DNA of 36,211 nucleotides from a virus. A program made the position numbers and the translations under genes. Below, piece after piece: positions 7,173 to 16,582 of the stretch; positions within the stretch are counted from its first letter, which is position 1; each line of letters opens with the position of its first letter. Under the pieces are notes generated by a model. That model worked only from the letters and a program-made list of their open reading frames with translations. It had not been told where the DNA came from and ran no database searches. The stretch lies in the IMG/VR virus record IMGVR_UViG_3300009177_000024. One strand, 5' to 3'.

Positions 7173-9293
7173 ATGGCATCAAAGACCGACGACGATCTGC
7201 TGGCTGATGCACGCAAAACATTTGCGCGCGCGGAAGAGGTAGAGCGCTGCAACCGTGACAATTGGGTGGATGACGTTCGCTTCGCACGCCTGGGCGAGCA
7301 ATGGCCTGAAGCCATTCGCCTGCAACGCGAGCAGGGAGGGCGCCCATGCCTGACGATCAACCGCCTGCCAGCGTTTATCCGACAGGTCACAAACGATGCG
7401 CGCCAGAACTCCCCGGCGATCAAGTTCCATGCGGTGGGTGACGGCGCTGACCAAGAAACTGCGCTGATTCTCGATGGCATCGTCCGTAACATAGAATACA
7501 CCAGCGATGCCGATGTCGCTTACGATAACGCATTGGACAATGCAGTAACTGGCAGTTTCGGCTATTTCCGCATTAGCACCGATTACGCGAGCGACGACAC
7601 GTTCGATCAGGACATCAAGATCGAGCCGATCAAGAACCCGCTGACGGTCTACGGCGATCCTGACAACATGGATTCAGACTCGGCGAACTGGAACGTTTGC
7701 TTTGTCACTGAACTGTGGGAGAAGGAAGCATTCGAGCGGAAATGGCCCGGCGCCGAGACCGCTAGCTTTGACGCTGACAGCCACGATACAGCCAACTGGT
7801 TCACTGACAGCAAGGTGCGTGTTGCCGAGTGGTGGACGCGCGAGGAGGTTCCAGTCACGCTGCTCCAACTGTCCAATGGTCAGGTAATGCAGCAGGAGGT
7901 CTACCTCAAGCAGAAGGAATATCTCGACTTGGATGGCATCACCATCGCTCAGCAGCGTCCGTCGCGCACCATGAAGGTGATGCAGCGCATCATCACGGGC
8001 GGCGAGATCCTGGAAACGAATGAATGGCCAGGGAAGTACATCCCAATCGTGCCGGTCTACGGTGACGAAGTGGTGGTTGACGGTGAACGTTTCCTGCTAT
8101 CCCTGATCCGCTTCGCCAAAGACCCGCAGCAAATGGTGAATTACTGGCGCACGACGAGCACCGAACTGGTGGCTCTGGCGCCGAAAGCGCCATGGATCGG
8201 TGCGGTCGGCCAATTCGCTACAGATGCGCATAAATGGGCATCGGCGAACACCCAGACGCACCAGTACATCGAATACGACATGGTGATGGATCCGACCGGC
8301 CAAGTTCCGGCGCCACCACCACAGCGCCAAGGATTCGTCGGACCGCCAGCTGGAGCGCTCCAAGAGGCAATCAACGCCAGCGACGACATGAAATCGATCA
8401 TGGGTCTGTATGACGCTTCACTCGGCGCGCAGTCGAATGAAACCAGCGGTCGCGCTATCCTGGCACGACAGCGCGAAGGTGATGTCTCTACGTTCAACTT
8501 CACGGATAACCTGTCGCGCGCGATTCGTCATGCTGGCCGTATCCTCGCTGATCTGATCCCGAAGGTATACAACACGCCACGGATTCTGCGCATCATCCAC
8601 GAAGACGGAACGAATGAAGATGTCCCGGTGAACGGTGCGCAGCTGTCGCCGCAGCAGATCGCACAGAAACAGGCCGAGCAGAAGCAGGAACTGCGCAGCA
8701 TTGGCCGCATCTTCGACCTGACGACCGGTAAGTACGATGTGACCTGCGAAGCTGGTCCGAGTTACACCACGAAGCGCGAAGAAGCCGCCTCGCAGATCAT
8801 GGAATTCATCCGTGTTTATCCGCAGGCTGCTCCGGTTGTTGGCGATATCCTGGCACGCAATATGGATTGGCCGGGCGCGACTGAGATTTCCATGCGTCTG
8901 AAGCAGCTATTGCCGCCTCAGTTGCAAGGCCAAAGCCCAAAAGCGCAGGCCGCGCAGCAGCAGATTGGACAGCTGACCCAGGCGCTTCAGGTCATGCAAG
9001 GCCAATTGGCCGACAATCAGAAACAGGACGCTATCGACGCACGCAAGGCCGATATCGACGCATACAACGCCGAAACGAACCGTCTGAAGGTGGTTGGCAC
9101 GGCAATGAGCCCAGAGCAGGTACAGGCATTGGTCGTGCAAACGCTGGGGCAACTGTTCAATTCGCCTGATGTTTTGGTGGCACAGCAGCCTATGACTCAA
9201 CCAGCGCCTGAGATGCAGCAGCAAGAGATGCAAGAGCAACAACCCGGTGCGGGAGCAGTCCCGCTAGGTGCAGTCTTTCAGCAACCACAGTAA
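7173..9293 (+). CDS. portal protein (P22-type, long Q-rich helical C-terminus)
   Basis: 706 aa, immediately after terL. N-terminal region ...RDNWVDDVRFARLGEQWPEAIRLQREQGGRPCLTINRLP... is typical of P22-like portals. The C-terminal 130 aa are Q/A-rich coiled coil. Confidence 0.9.
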   Translation: MASKTDDDLLADARKTFARAEEVERCNRDNWVDDVRFARLGEQWPEAIRLQREQGGRPCLTINRLPAFIRQVTNDARQNSPAIKFHAVGDGADQETALILDGIVRNIEYTSDADVAYDNALDNAVTGSFGYFRISTDYASDDTFDQDIKIEPIKNPLTVYGDPDNMDSDSANWNVCFVTELWEKEAFERKWPGAETASFDADSHDTANWFTDSKVRVAEWWTREEVPVTLLQLSNGQVMQQEVYLKQKEYLDLDGITIAQQRPSRTMKVMQRIITGGEILETNEWPGKYIPIVPVYGDEVVVDGERFLLSLIRFAKDPQQMVNYWRTTSTELVALAPKAPWIGAVGQFATDAHKWASANTQTHQYIEYDMVMDPTGQVPAPPPQRQGFVGPPAGALQEAINASDDMKSIMGLYDASLGAQSNETSGRAILARQREGDVSTFNFTDNLSRAIRHAGRILADLIPKVYNTPRILRIIHEDGTNEDVPVNGAQLSPQQIAQKQAEQKQELRSIGRIFDLTTGKYDVTCEAGPSYTTKREEAASQIMEFIRVYPQAAPVVGDILARNMDWPGATEISMRLKQLLPPQLQGQSPKAQAAQQQIGQLTQALQVMQGQLADNQKQDAIDARKADIDAYNAETNRLKVVGTAMSPEQVQALVVQTLGQLFNSPDVLVAQQPMTQPAPEMQQQEMQEQQPGAGAVPLGAVFQQPQ

Positions 9294-9302
9294 GGAGTCG
9301 TC

Positions 9303-10151
9303 ATGAAGAAAATCGTCTTAGGTCTTCTGCTTGCTGCTGCTGCTTTCACTGTCCAGGCTCAGGTAGCCAACGCATTACGCCTCGATCAGCGCAATGCCGC
9401 GAATACTGGCTACATGAGTAAGTTCGTGGTTCCGGACAGTTCCATCGACTGCCTGGTCTGGATGGCTCCCGCTTCTTCTGGTGCAACTCCAGCATGCGCA
9501 AAGCTGGGCGACGGTTTCGTCAATGCTGGCGGCACGATCAGCGTATCATCTGGCCCACAAGGCCCAATCGGGCCACAGGGTCCACAAGGCGTGGCTGGTG
9601 CTGATGGTGTGGCTGGTGCGCAAGGCATTCAGGGCATCGAAGGTCCAGTCGGTCCTGCTGGTTCTACGGGTGCGACCGGCGCGCAGGGTCCAGTTGGCCC
9701 TCAAGGCTCTGTCGGTGCCACAGGCTCGCAAGGCCCAAAGGGCGACAAGGGCGACACTGGTGCTACCGGTCCTCAAGGACCAGCAGGAACGCCAGCGCCA
9801 ACATTCAGCTTTGGTCAGCCAGCCGCGCGCACGCTCGCAGTCTCGACCAGCTATCAGGCATCCGATCCAACCAAAGCCGCCGTGCTATATCCGAGCTTCG
9901 CCTGCACGAATGCCACGACCATCCTGGCTGCGAGTGGCTGCACTGTGCAAGTCCGAATCGGGACTTCTGCGCTGACCTGTTCGACCGGAACCGTCTATTT
10001 CACGCAATCACTGACCGTCAACCTCGGCTTGCTAATCACGCAGAACAGCACCAATCCGGTGCCAATTTTCCTGCCGATTGGCGGCTATTTCATCATCTGC
10101 CCTTCGGTTGGCACGTTCACCATCACCGCAGTCGAACAGACAGCAGGGTAA
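9303..10151 (+). CDS. secreted collagen-like protein: signal peptide, 27 uninterrupted G-X-Y triplets, cysteine-containing beta-rich C-terminal domain
   Basis: [20 protein letters not shown] is a Sec-type signal with an AQA cleavage motif. G-X-Y repeats occupy residues 84-164 (nt 9552-9794). Confidence 0.85.
   Translation: MKKIVLGLLLAAAAFTVQAQVANALRLDQRNAANTGYMSKFVVPDSSIDCLVWMAPASSGATPACAKLGDGFVNAGGTISVSSGPQGPIGPQGPQGVAGADGVAGAQGIQGIEGPVGPAGSTGATGAQGPVGPQGSVGATGSQGPKGDKGDTGATGPQGPAGTPAPTFSFGQPAARTLAVSTSYQASDPTKAAVLYPSFACTNATTILAASGCTVQVRIGTSALTCSTGTVYFTQSLTVNLGLLITQNSTNPVPIFLPIGGYFIICPSVGTFTITAVEQTAG
9552..9794 (+). repeat. Collagen triplet (G-X-Y)x27 coding repeat
   Basis: Direct reading of the translation: [19 protein letters not shown]...GPQGPAGTP. 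Confidence 0.9.
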
Positions 10152-10187
10152 GTTTCGCCGCAGCCGCGGCTTTTACTGGAGCATCAA

Positions 10188-11072
10188 ATGAGCACTATGG
10201 AACAACCTGGCAATGAGCAGGATTCCGACGTAGCAGACCAAACTGCCACCGAGGAACAGGAGGCAGTTGTCAACCAAGACGACGCAGAAACTACCGATCC
10301 GGACTCGCAAGAGCAAACCGGTGACGAAGAAGAAGCGGATATCGAAATCGACGGCAAGACGTTCACGATGCCGAAGAACGCGGCTGAGAAACTGAAGTCC
10401 GAGCGCATGTTTCATGCTGACTACACCCGCAAAACGCAGGAAGTCGCAGAAGAACGTCGCACCCTCGCAGCAGAACGCGAGCAGCATCAAAAAGTCATCG
10501 AAGACACCAAGGCCCTGAACGCTGAACTGGTCAAAGTTGCCGCAATTGACAACCAATTGGCCGAGTACAAAAAGCTGGATTGGCAGAAATTGGCCGAAGA
10601 TGACCCAGTCATGGCGCAGAAGTTGAGTCTGCAACGTCAGCAGCTGGAGGAAGTACGAAACGAAGCACAGCAGGTCGTAGCACAGAAGCAAGAGCAGCGC
10701 GCTCTGGCCGAGCAGCAGGAAACTGCCAAGCAACTCCAGGAAGCCGAGGCGTACTTGCAGCAACACATCAACGGCTGGTCCCAGGAACGCGCCAACCAGA
10801 TCAATGACTATGCCCGTAGTTCCGGCATTGCCATGGACCCGGCGATGGCACGCGCCATTATCAAGAACCCAGCGCTGTTTGTCCTGATGGACAAGGCGCA
10901 GAAGTTCGACCAGCTGGCAGCAAAACAGGGTGGCAAGCCGCAGCCTCAGCCAGCAGCAAAACCCGTCACTCGCATCAGCTCTAGCCGCCCTGCGGCAAAG
11001 GTTGATCCGAGCAAGATGGGTACTGACGATTGGATGAAGCAGCGCAATGCCCAGCTGCGCAAGCAACGATAG
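10188..11072 (+). CDS. scaffolding protein candidate
   Basis: Acidic, Q/E/A-rich, coiled-coil-like 294-aa protein between the portal and capsid genes. Confidence 0.7.
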   Translation: MSTMEQPGNEQDSDVADQTATEEQEAVVNQDDAETTDPDSQEQTGDEEEADIEIDGKTFTMPKNAAEKLKSERMFHADYTRKTQEVAEERRTLAAEREQHQKVIEDTKALNAELVKVAAIDNQLAEYKKLDWQKLAEDDPVMAQKLSLQRQQLEEVRNEAQQVVAQKQEQRALAEQQETAKQLQEAEAYLQQHINGWSQERANQINDYARSSGIAMDPAMARAIIKNPALFVLMDKAQKFDQLAAKQGGKPQPQPAAKPVTRISSSRPAAKVDPSKMGTDDWMKQRNAQLRKQR

Positions 11073-11091
11073 GCACCTTAAACAAAACCTG

Positions 11092-11120
11092 GCCCGCTTC
11101 GGCGGGTTTTCTTTTTTCTG
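11092..11120 (+). terminator. Weak intrinsic terminator or stabiliser hairpin upstream of the capsid gene
   Basis: CCCGC-TTCG-GCGGG stem-loop followed by TTTTCTTTTTT. Confidence 0.5.
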
Positions 11121-11129
11121 GAGATTCAA

Positions 11130-11226
11130 ATGCCAAATACCATCCTCACCCCGAACATCATCACGCGTGAAGCGCTGCGCATTCTGCACCAGAAGTGCAA
11201 CTTCATCGGTTCCATTAACCGTCAGT
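11130..11226 (+). CDS. major capsid protein, exon 1 (32 codons plus 1 nt)
   Basis: GGAG lies 7 nt upstream of the ATG. MPNTILTPNIITREALRILHQKCNFIGSINRQ matches the N-terminus of P22-coat-family proteins. The frame stops right after nt 11226. Confidence 0.8.
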
Positions 11227-11982
11227 AAACACACCGTCTAGCTGACATTAAACTCCGTTAATTGCTGGAAACCCCTTAGAGCCTGGGAAACCACAGCGTG
11301 GCTGGAAACGGCGAGCGCGAAGGTTTGAAAATTCACAGGATTGGGCAATCAGCAGCAAAGCTTCTTGCCTCGATAAATCGTGGTATGATGAATGTTCAAC
11401 GACTAACCGAAAGGCGTACACCCAAGCGGGTGGAAATGCGGAGCCAAACATGCCAAAGAAACGCGATTTAAAGGAACGATTTCACGAAAAAGTAGCTGTC
11501 GCAGAATCTGGTTGCCACGAATGGCAAGGATGCGTAATGAAAAACGGATACGGCCAGATCAACAATGAAGGAAAAGCGGCATATGCGCATCGAGTGGCAT
11601 ATGAACTTGAGAATGGTCTTCTTCCGAAAGGATCATTCGTCCTTCATTCCTGCGATAACAGGAAATGTGTTAATCCCGCGCATCTGTTCGCCGGGACATT
11701 TCAGGACAACATGGACGATATGGTGAGCAAGCTTCGGCAGCCTCACGGTATGAAAAACGGCCATGCGAAGCTAAGCGATGAACAAGTGAAAGAAATCCGG
11801 TCTGCTACTGGTACTCACCGAGAAATAGCAGCAAGATTCAGCGTTTCGCAACCATTGGTAAGCATGATCCGGTCTGGCCGGATCTGGAAGCATGTTTGAG
11901 AAGAGATAGTCTGTTCTGCATCGAAAGATGCAGCTGCTGAAAAGCGGGTATGTGAGTAGCGCCACATGCTGAACACCAAAAG
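11227..11982 (+). mobile_element. Group I-type intron (756 nt) with an internal HNH homing-endonuclease ORF
   Basis: The 5' exon ends in U, which forms a G.U pair in a 6-bp P1 (11221-11226 with 11241-11246). The last intron nucleotide is G. Joining the exons restores one frame and a Tyr codon. GAAA-capped hairpin at 11916-11933. Confidence 0.75.
11450..11899 (+). CDS. HNH homing endonuclease (HNH_3-type with C-terminal HTH-like tail)
   Basis: Motifs CHEWQG..NGYG...AHRVAYEL..G.....VLHSCDNRKCVNPAHLF.GT...N..D. Own GGAG Shine-Dalgarno sequence. Confidence 0.9.
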   Translation: MPKKRDLKERFHEKVAVAESGCHEWQGCVMKNGYGQINNEGKAAYAHRVAYELENGLLPKGSFVLHSCDNRKCVNPAHLFAGTFQDNMDDMVSKLRQPHGMKNGHAKLSDEQVKEIRSATGTHREIAARFSVSQPLVSMIRSGRIWKHV

Positions 11983-13082
11983 ATGACGACCGTTTCGCCA
12001 AGGAAGGCGCGCGCATCGGTACTGACCTGCGTATCCGTCTGCCGAACGAATACACCGTTCGTACCGGCGCCGTGATGTCCCCGCAGGACACGACCGAACT
12101 GAGCACTACCCTGACTGTGGCAACGCAGAAGGGCGTTGACTTGTCCTTCACTGCTGTTGATCTGACCATGTCCTTGGACGACTTCAGCAAGCGCATCATC
12201 GATCCGGCTGTGTCAGTCCTGGCTGCGAACATCGAGGCTGACGCCCTGAGCATGGTCAACGATGTGTACCAGACCGTGAACAACATCGGTTCGGCGATCA
12301 ACATGCGCCAGATGCTGCTGGCCAAGAAGCTGCTGACCGACGCCTTGGCACCGAACTCGCCGCGTACCCTGCTGATGAATACTCAGGATACCGTCGATGC
12401 CGTCGATAGCCTGAAAGGTCTGTTCCAGGACTCTACGCAGATCGCTAAGCAGTACCGCGATGGCGTGATGGGCACCACCGCAGGCTTCGGTGACATCATG
12501 GAGAACACGCTGCTGGGTAACACCACCACTGGCACTTCGGCATCCGTCACCGGCTATACCGTGAATGGCGCCGTGACCGCAAACGGCTCGACCAGCGTCA
12601 CTGTGGCGGCTGGTGCTAACACCTTCAAGAAAGGTGACGTGTTCACTGTGGCTGGTTGCAACCGCGTGCATCCTGAAACCAAGGTCGATACCGGTGTGCT
12701 TCAACAGTTCGTCGTGACCGCTGACTATGCTGGTGGCGCTGGTTCGCTGAGCTTCGCTCCTGCGATCTACACCACTACTGGCCGTCAGAACGTCACCGCA
12801 GGCGGTATGCCGAACGGTGCTGCGATCACCAAGGTAGGCGGTGCTTCGCAGATCTACAAGCCTTCCCTGGCGTACCACGAAGATGCCTTCACCTTCGCAT
12901 CCGCCGACCTTGTCATGCCCGACGGCGTGGACTGGAAAGCGCGTGAAACCTACGATGGCATCAGCATGCGCATGATCCGTCAATACGACATCGTGAACGA
13001 CAAGTTCCTTTGCCGTATCGACGTTCTGTATGGCTACAAGACCATCCGCGCGCAGCTGGCAGCTCGCATCCTGAGCAACTAA
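11983..13082 (+). CDS. major capsid protein, exon 2 (the spliced product is 398 aa)
   Basis: The frame is open from 11973 with no start before an internal GTG at 12072. ...DDRFAKEGARIGTDLRIRLPNEYTVRTG... continues the coat-family alignment. Confidence 0.85.
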
Positions 13083-13092
13083 GGAGGCCATT

Positions 13093-13419
13093 ATGTCCGC
13101 AGGCATCATCATGGGCAATGTGCGGGCGATTGGCGTGGCTTCGGTCACGCTGTCTCCAGCGCAGGTTGCTGCGAATACCACGGCAGAGCAGACATTCACG
13201 GTTCCCGGTCTGAACGCTACCGACGTGGTACACAGCATCTCAAAACCGACCGCGCAAGCTGGTCTGGGCATCGTTGGCTGGCGTGTCACCGCGGCCAATA
13301 CCATCGGCGTTACCTTCGTGAATGCAACAGCGGCACCAATCACGCCGACCGCTTCTGAGGTGTATCAGGTGGCATGGCTGCGTCCTGACGCGGTCTACAC
13401 GGGCGTCGCTGGCGCCTAA
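13093..13419 (+). CDS. hypothetical protein, 108 aa (possible capsid decoration/accessory)
   Basis: AAGGAGG precedes the ATG. Immediately downstream of the capsid gene. Beta-rich composition. Confidence 0.65.
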   Translation: MSAGIIMGNVRAIGVASVTLSPAQVAANTTAEQTFTVPGLNATDVVHSISKPTAQAGLGIVGWRVTAANTIGVTFVNATAAPITPTASEVYQVAWLRPDAVYTGVAGA

Positions 13420-13427
13420 GGCATGAT

Positions 13428-13454
13428 CCCCAGGGCCTAGTGCTCTGGGGCTTT
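13428..13454 (+). terminator. Hairpin after the capsid module (weak or partial terminator)
   Basis: CCCCAGGG/CTCTGGGG stem followed by CTTTC. Confidence 0.35.
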
Positions 13455-13474
13455 CAACGAATCAGGAGAGCAGC

Positions 13475-13711
13475 ATGGAATTTCAGGAATATCCGAAGGC
13501 GCTTTATCGCGATGGCGAATTTGTCGTGGTGGAAGACGAAGCGCAAGAAACCAAACAGGCAGAAGACGGCTACACCGACTGGATAAGCGACCAAGCGCGC
13601 ATGCAAGGCGCTGAATCGGCACCGGCCAAGCGCACCCGCGCAAAGAAAACAGCAGAAGCTGAATCGGCACCGGTCGAGGAAGCTACTGAAACCACCGAAC
13701 AGGCTCAATAA
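13475..13711 (+). CDS. hypothetical acidic protein, 78 aa
   Basis: CAGGAGAG precedes the ATG. Operon context. Confidence 0.6.
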   Translation: MEFQEYPKALYRDGEFVVVEDEAQETKQAEDGYTDWISDQARMQGAESAPAKRTRAKKTAEAESAPVEEATETTEQAQ

Positions 13712-14673
13712 TGCAAAAGTTCTTCGACAGTGTGTTGACTGACGCCGGTCCACCGGCTGTCGGAGCCTCGGTCTTGTTGACGGCTTTCGGCGGCGGGGCG
13801 GTTGTCATTTACTCCGACAATGGCTCGACGCCGAAGCCGAACCCGATTACGACTGATTCCACCGGCTATTTCGAGTTTTATGCGCCTGATGGCCGTTATA
13901 CGCTCACAATCAGCGGCGCCACGATTACTCCGCGCACGGTCACCGATGTGCTTCTGGAAGTTCCTCAGGACGGCAATCCGGTCGTGGCGAGCACGCTGAC
14001 GGTCACCGGACAGACTTCCCTTGGTGGACAAGCCAATGCCGAATCGCTGCGCATTCAAGCGGCGCCGGTCGGTGCTGTGAACCGTTTGCAAGCAATCGGA
14101 ACGATCACGGGCGGCGAACCGCGCCTAGGTGCTGAAGGCGGAGACACCGATATCAACTACGGCATCTATTCCAAGGGGGCTGGCTCGATCCGCTTCCTGA
14201 CTGGTGGCGGCGCACTGGAACAGTTCCGCATCACGCATACCGCGTTGGCAGTGAACTTCCTGAGCGCGACCGGGGCGATTGCAGCAGCTGGACCAGCCTT
14301 CAATGCGCTGGGTGCTGACACAAACATCAGCATCAACTACAACACCAAGGGCACCGGCATCCATGTGTTTAACGCTGGCGTGCAGGCGAACAACGGCAAT
14401 CTGACGGTCAACACCTTAGGCAACGGTCTACGCATCCGCGAGGGCGTCAATAGCAAGCAGGACGTTGCCGTGCTGGTTGGCGGCACCGTAACAATCCCGA
14501 ACACTTCGATTACCGCAAACAGCCGTGTCTTTGCCTTCTGCCAGACTCCAGGCGGTACCCCAGGCTTCCTACGCTGCTCGGCACGCACGCCAGGCACGAA
14601 CTACACGATCTTGAGCAGCAGTGGCACTGACACTTCGACTATCGCAGTCCTGATCACAAAACCAGCACCATGA
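13711..14673 (+). CDS. virion-associated protein with a carboxypeptidase-regulatory-like N-terminal domain
   Basis: ...VIYSDNGSTPKPNPITTDSTGYFEFYAPDGRYTLTIS... resembles the prealbumin-fold CarboxypepD_reg motif. Structural-module position. Confidence 0.6.
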   Translation: MQKFFDSVLTDAGPPAVGASVLLTAFGGGAVVIYSDNGSTPKPNPITTDSTGYFEFYAPDGRYTLTISGATITPRTVTDVLLEVPQDGNPVVASTLTVTGQTSLGGQANAESLRIQAAPVGAVNRLQAIGTITGGEPRLGAEGGDTDINYGIYSKGAGSIRFLTGGGALEQFRITHTALAVNFLSATGAIAAAGPAFNALGADTNISINYNTKGTGIHVFNAGVQANNGNLTVNTLGNGLRIREGVNSKQDVAVLVGGTVTIPNTSITANSRVFAFCQTPGGTPGFLRCSARTPGTNYTILSSSGTDTSTIAVLITKPAP

Positions 14674-15440
14674 CCATCGTCGTGCAAAGCGCTGCGGCGC
14701 CACCAGGCTATACGTGGCTGAAACAGGCCGTGGCCGATCTGATTCACCGATCCGATCTGGATGGGAAAATCCCCGACTTCATCCGGTTTGCGGAATTGAC
14801 CATCAACCGACGCCTCAATCTGTTTCCGAAAGAGGTCGAAGTCCCATTGACCATGACGCAGAGTTCGCGCTATGTGCCTTTGCCGACCGATTACGGTTCG
14901 CCTGTTGCATTGTGGCTGACAACCAATAATCCGCGCGAAGAACTGGTCATGACCGTTGCTGAGCAACTGCCGGTGGATGATGCAGTCTCGGCAAAGCCGC
15001 GATTCTGGGCCATTGACGGCGCGCGGATCGCCTTCGGTAACCCAGCCGATGCAGCTTACACGCTGGCATTCCGCTATGTACAGGAAGTCTTCCTGAGCGA
15101 TCTGGCACCGACGAACGCGGTATTTGAGCGCGCGCGCGACCTATATCTGTATGGTGCTGCGGCCCATTCAGCCCTGTTCACACGCGACGATCCACAGCTG
15201 CCAGTCTGGAAAGCTGAGTTCAACCGCATCCTCGGCGAAGTGGCAGCAGAACTGTCGCGATCGAAGGGCATGGCTAATCTGCGCACTGACATTGTTGAAA
15301 TCCTGCCGTCTTCCTACGGCTATAACCATCGACAGGGGTACTACCGAGCCTTGAAACTGCTAACTACATCGGCAACCTGGTGTCGTCTAATCCGACCGGC
15401 GCCGATCCGAAAAGCCGCGGTGATGACCATCTGCCTCTGA
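14670..15440 (+). CDS. head-tail adaptor/connector candidate (3' end uncertain)
   Basis: Position and N-terminal pattern (L..AVADLIHRSDL...IPDFIRFAELTINRRL). The last 30 or so codons (W/C-rich) overlap the fibre frame and may not be genuine. Confidence 0.5.
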   Translation: MTIVVQSAAAPPGYTWLKQAVADLIHRSDLDGKIPDFIRFAELTINRRLNLFPKEVEVPLTMTQSSRYVPLPTDYGSPVALWLTTNNPREELVMTVAEQLPVDDAVSAKPRFWAIDGARIAFGNPADAAYTLAFRYVQEVFLSDLAPTNAVFERARDLYLYGAAAHSALFTRDDPQLPVWKAEFNRILGEVAAELSRSKGMANLRTDIVEILPSSYGYNHRQGYYRALKLLTTSATWCRLIRPAPIRKAAVMTICL

Positions 15441-16582
15441 TAAAATCCGTCCTCCAGAACTGCTTTGCCGGCTTGACCGGAGCGGTGATGGTGGGTGGCG
15501 TTAATGGCGGCGCGGCGAATGCCTACACGCTGACACCGACGCCGCCTGTGCCATCCCTTGTGGACAACATGCAGATCGTGTTTTCGCCTGTGGTGCCGAA
15601 TACCGGTGCCTGCACGATGAATGTATCGGGATTGGGCATCATCAATCTGCTGTCTGTGTCGGGCCAGCCGCTGGTGTCAAATGACCTGGTTATCGGTCAG
15701 CGATATCGCGCCACATATGACGGAACTGCCTTCCGCCTGAATGCGATCACCAAGAACTATGCCGACCAACTGGCATTCTCCAGCGCGCTTCCGGCCCAAT
15801 CGCTCGGCTTCCTGCGTTCCACGGGAACTGTTGCTTCCTTCGGCGTCGATTTCGCTGGCTTCGCAGCCAATGAGGTCAAAGGCGCTGACATTGCGAGCGC
15901 AGCGACGATCAATCTGACCACAGCTACCGGCAATTTCCTGCACATTACAGGGTCTGTGGGCATCACGGCGATCACAATCCCTGCTGGTGCATCACGTACG
16001 CTTATTACCGATGCCGCTCTTACGATCACCGCAGGCGCATCGCTGCTATTACCAGGGGGGGCCACCAGCATTACGACCGCGCCTGGCGATCGATTGGTAG
16101 TGCGTGGTGATACTGGTGGTGTGGCGAATATCATCGGCCATTTCCCAGGCAATGCATCGGCTAATGACCTGAAAGCCGGGACGAATGCCACGAAACCAGC
16201 AACTGCGGCATCGCTTCTCAGTGCACAAGGCTTCACGGCACTATTCCAGAGCGCGCAGCAGACCATTACCAATGCAGCCGGGCTAACTATTGCGCATGGT
16301 CTAGGTCGTAAGCCAATCTCGCTTCAGGCATTCATCATCAATCTAACTGCTGAACTTGGCTATAGCGTTGGTGATGAAGTTCCGGTAAATCCAGCCGCAG
16401 CAGGTGGTGCAGCAGCAGCACTCAAGGGTGTTTCTTTGCGTGCAGATACCACAAATATTCTGGTTCGGTTTAGTGATGGTGGTGGTTCTGCGAATACCTT
16501 CTTCATTACGAATGCAACAACTGGTTCTACGACAGCTATTACAAACGCGAACTGGGCATTTATTGTAAGGGCATGGGCATGA
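15380..16582 (+). CDS. tail fibre protein (5' end uncertain)
   Basis: NPTGADPKSRGDDHLPLIKSVL is a recurrent tail-fibre N-terminal motif. The remainder is G/A/T-rich and beta-like. The frame is open from 15326 but its first canonical start is the GTG at 15380. Confidence 0.7.
   Translation: MSSNPTGADPKSRGDDHLPLIKSVLQNCFAGLTGAVMVGGVNGGAANAYTLTPTPPVPSLVDNMQIVFSPVVPNTGACTMNVSGLGIINLLSVSGQPLVSNDLVIGQRYRATYDGTAFRLNAITKNYADQLAFSSALPAQSLGFLRSTGTVASFGVDFAGFAANEVKGADIASAATINLTTATGNFLHITGSVGITAITIPAGASRTLITDAALTITAGASLLLPGGATSITTAPGDRLVVRGDTGGVANIIGHFPGNASANDLKAGTNATKPATAASLLSAQGFTALFQSAQQTITNAAGLTIAHGLGRKPISLQAFIINLTAELGYSVGDEVPVNPAAAGGAAAALKGVSLRADTTNILVRFSDGGGSANTFFITNATTGSTTAITNANWAFIVRAWA

Noticed and set aside
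10173-13343. Long antisense ORFs (10173..11234, 11771..12325 and 12213..13343 on the minus strand). Similar shadows lie elsewhere at 1491..2024, 5949..6512, 16360..17145, 17767..18414, 26458..27048, 27209..27961 and 29870..30487.
   Set aside because: Each lies opposite a gene with clear family motifs. Their translations are low-complexity or Arg/Cys/His-rich, and none has translational signals. These are typical shadow ORFs in GC-rich coding DNA.
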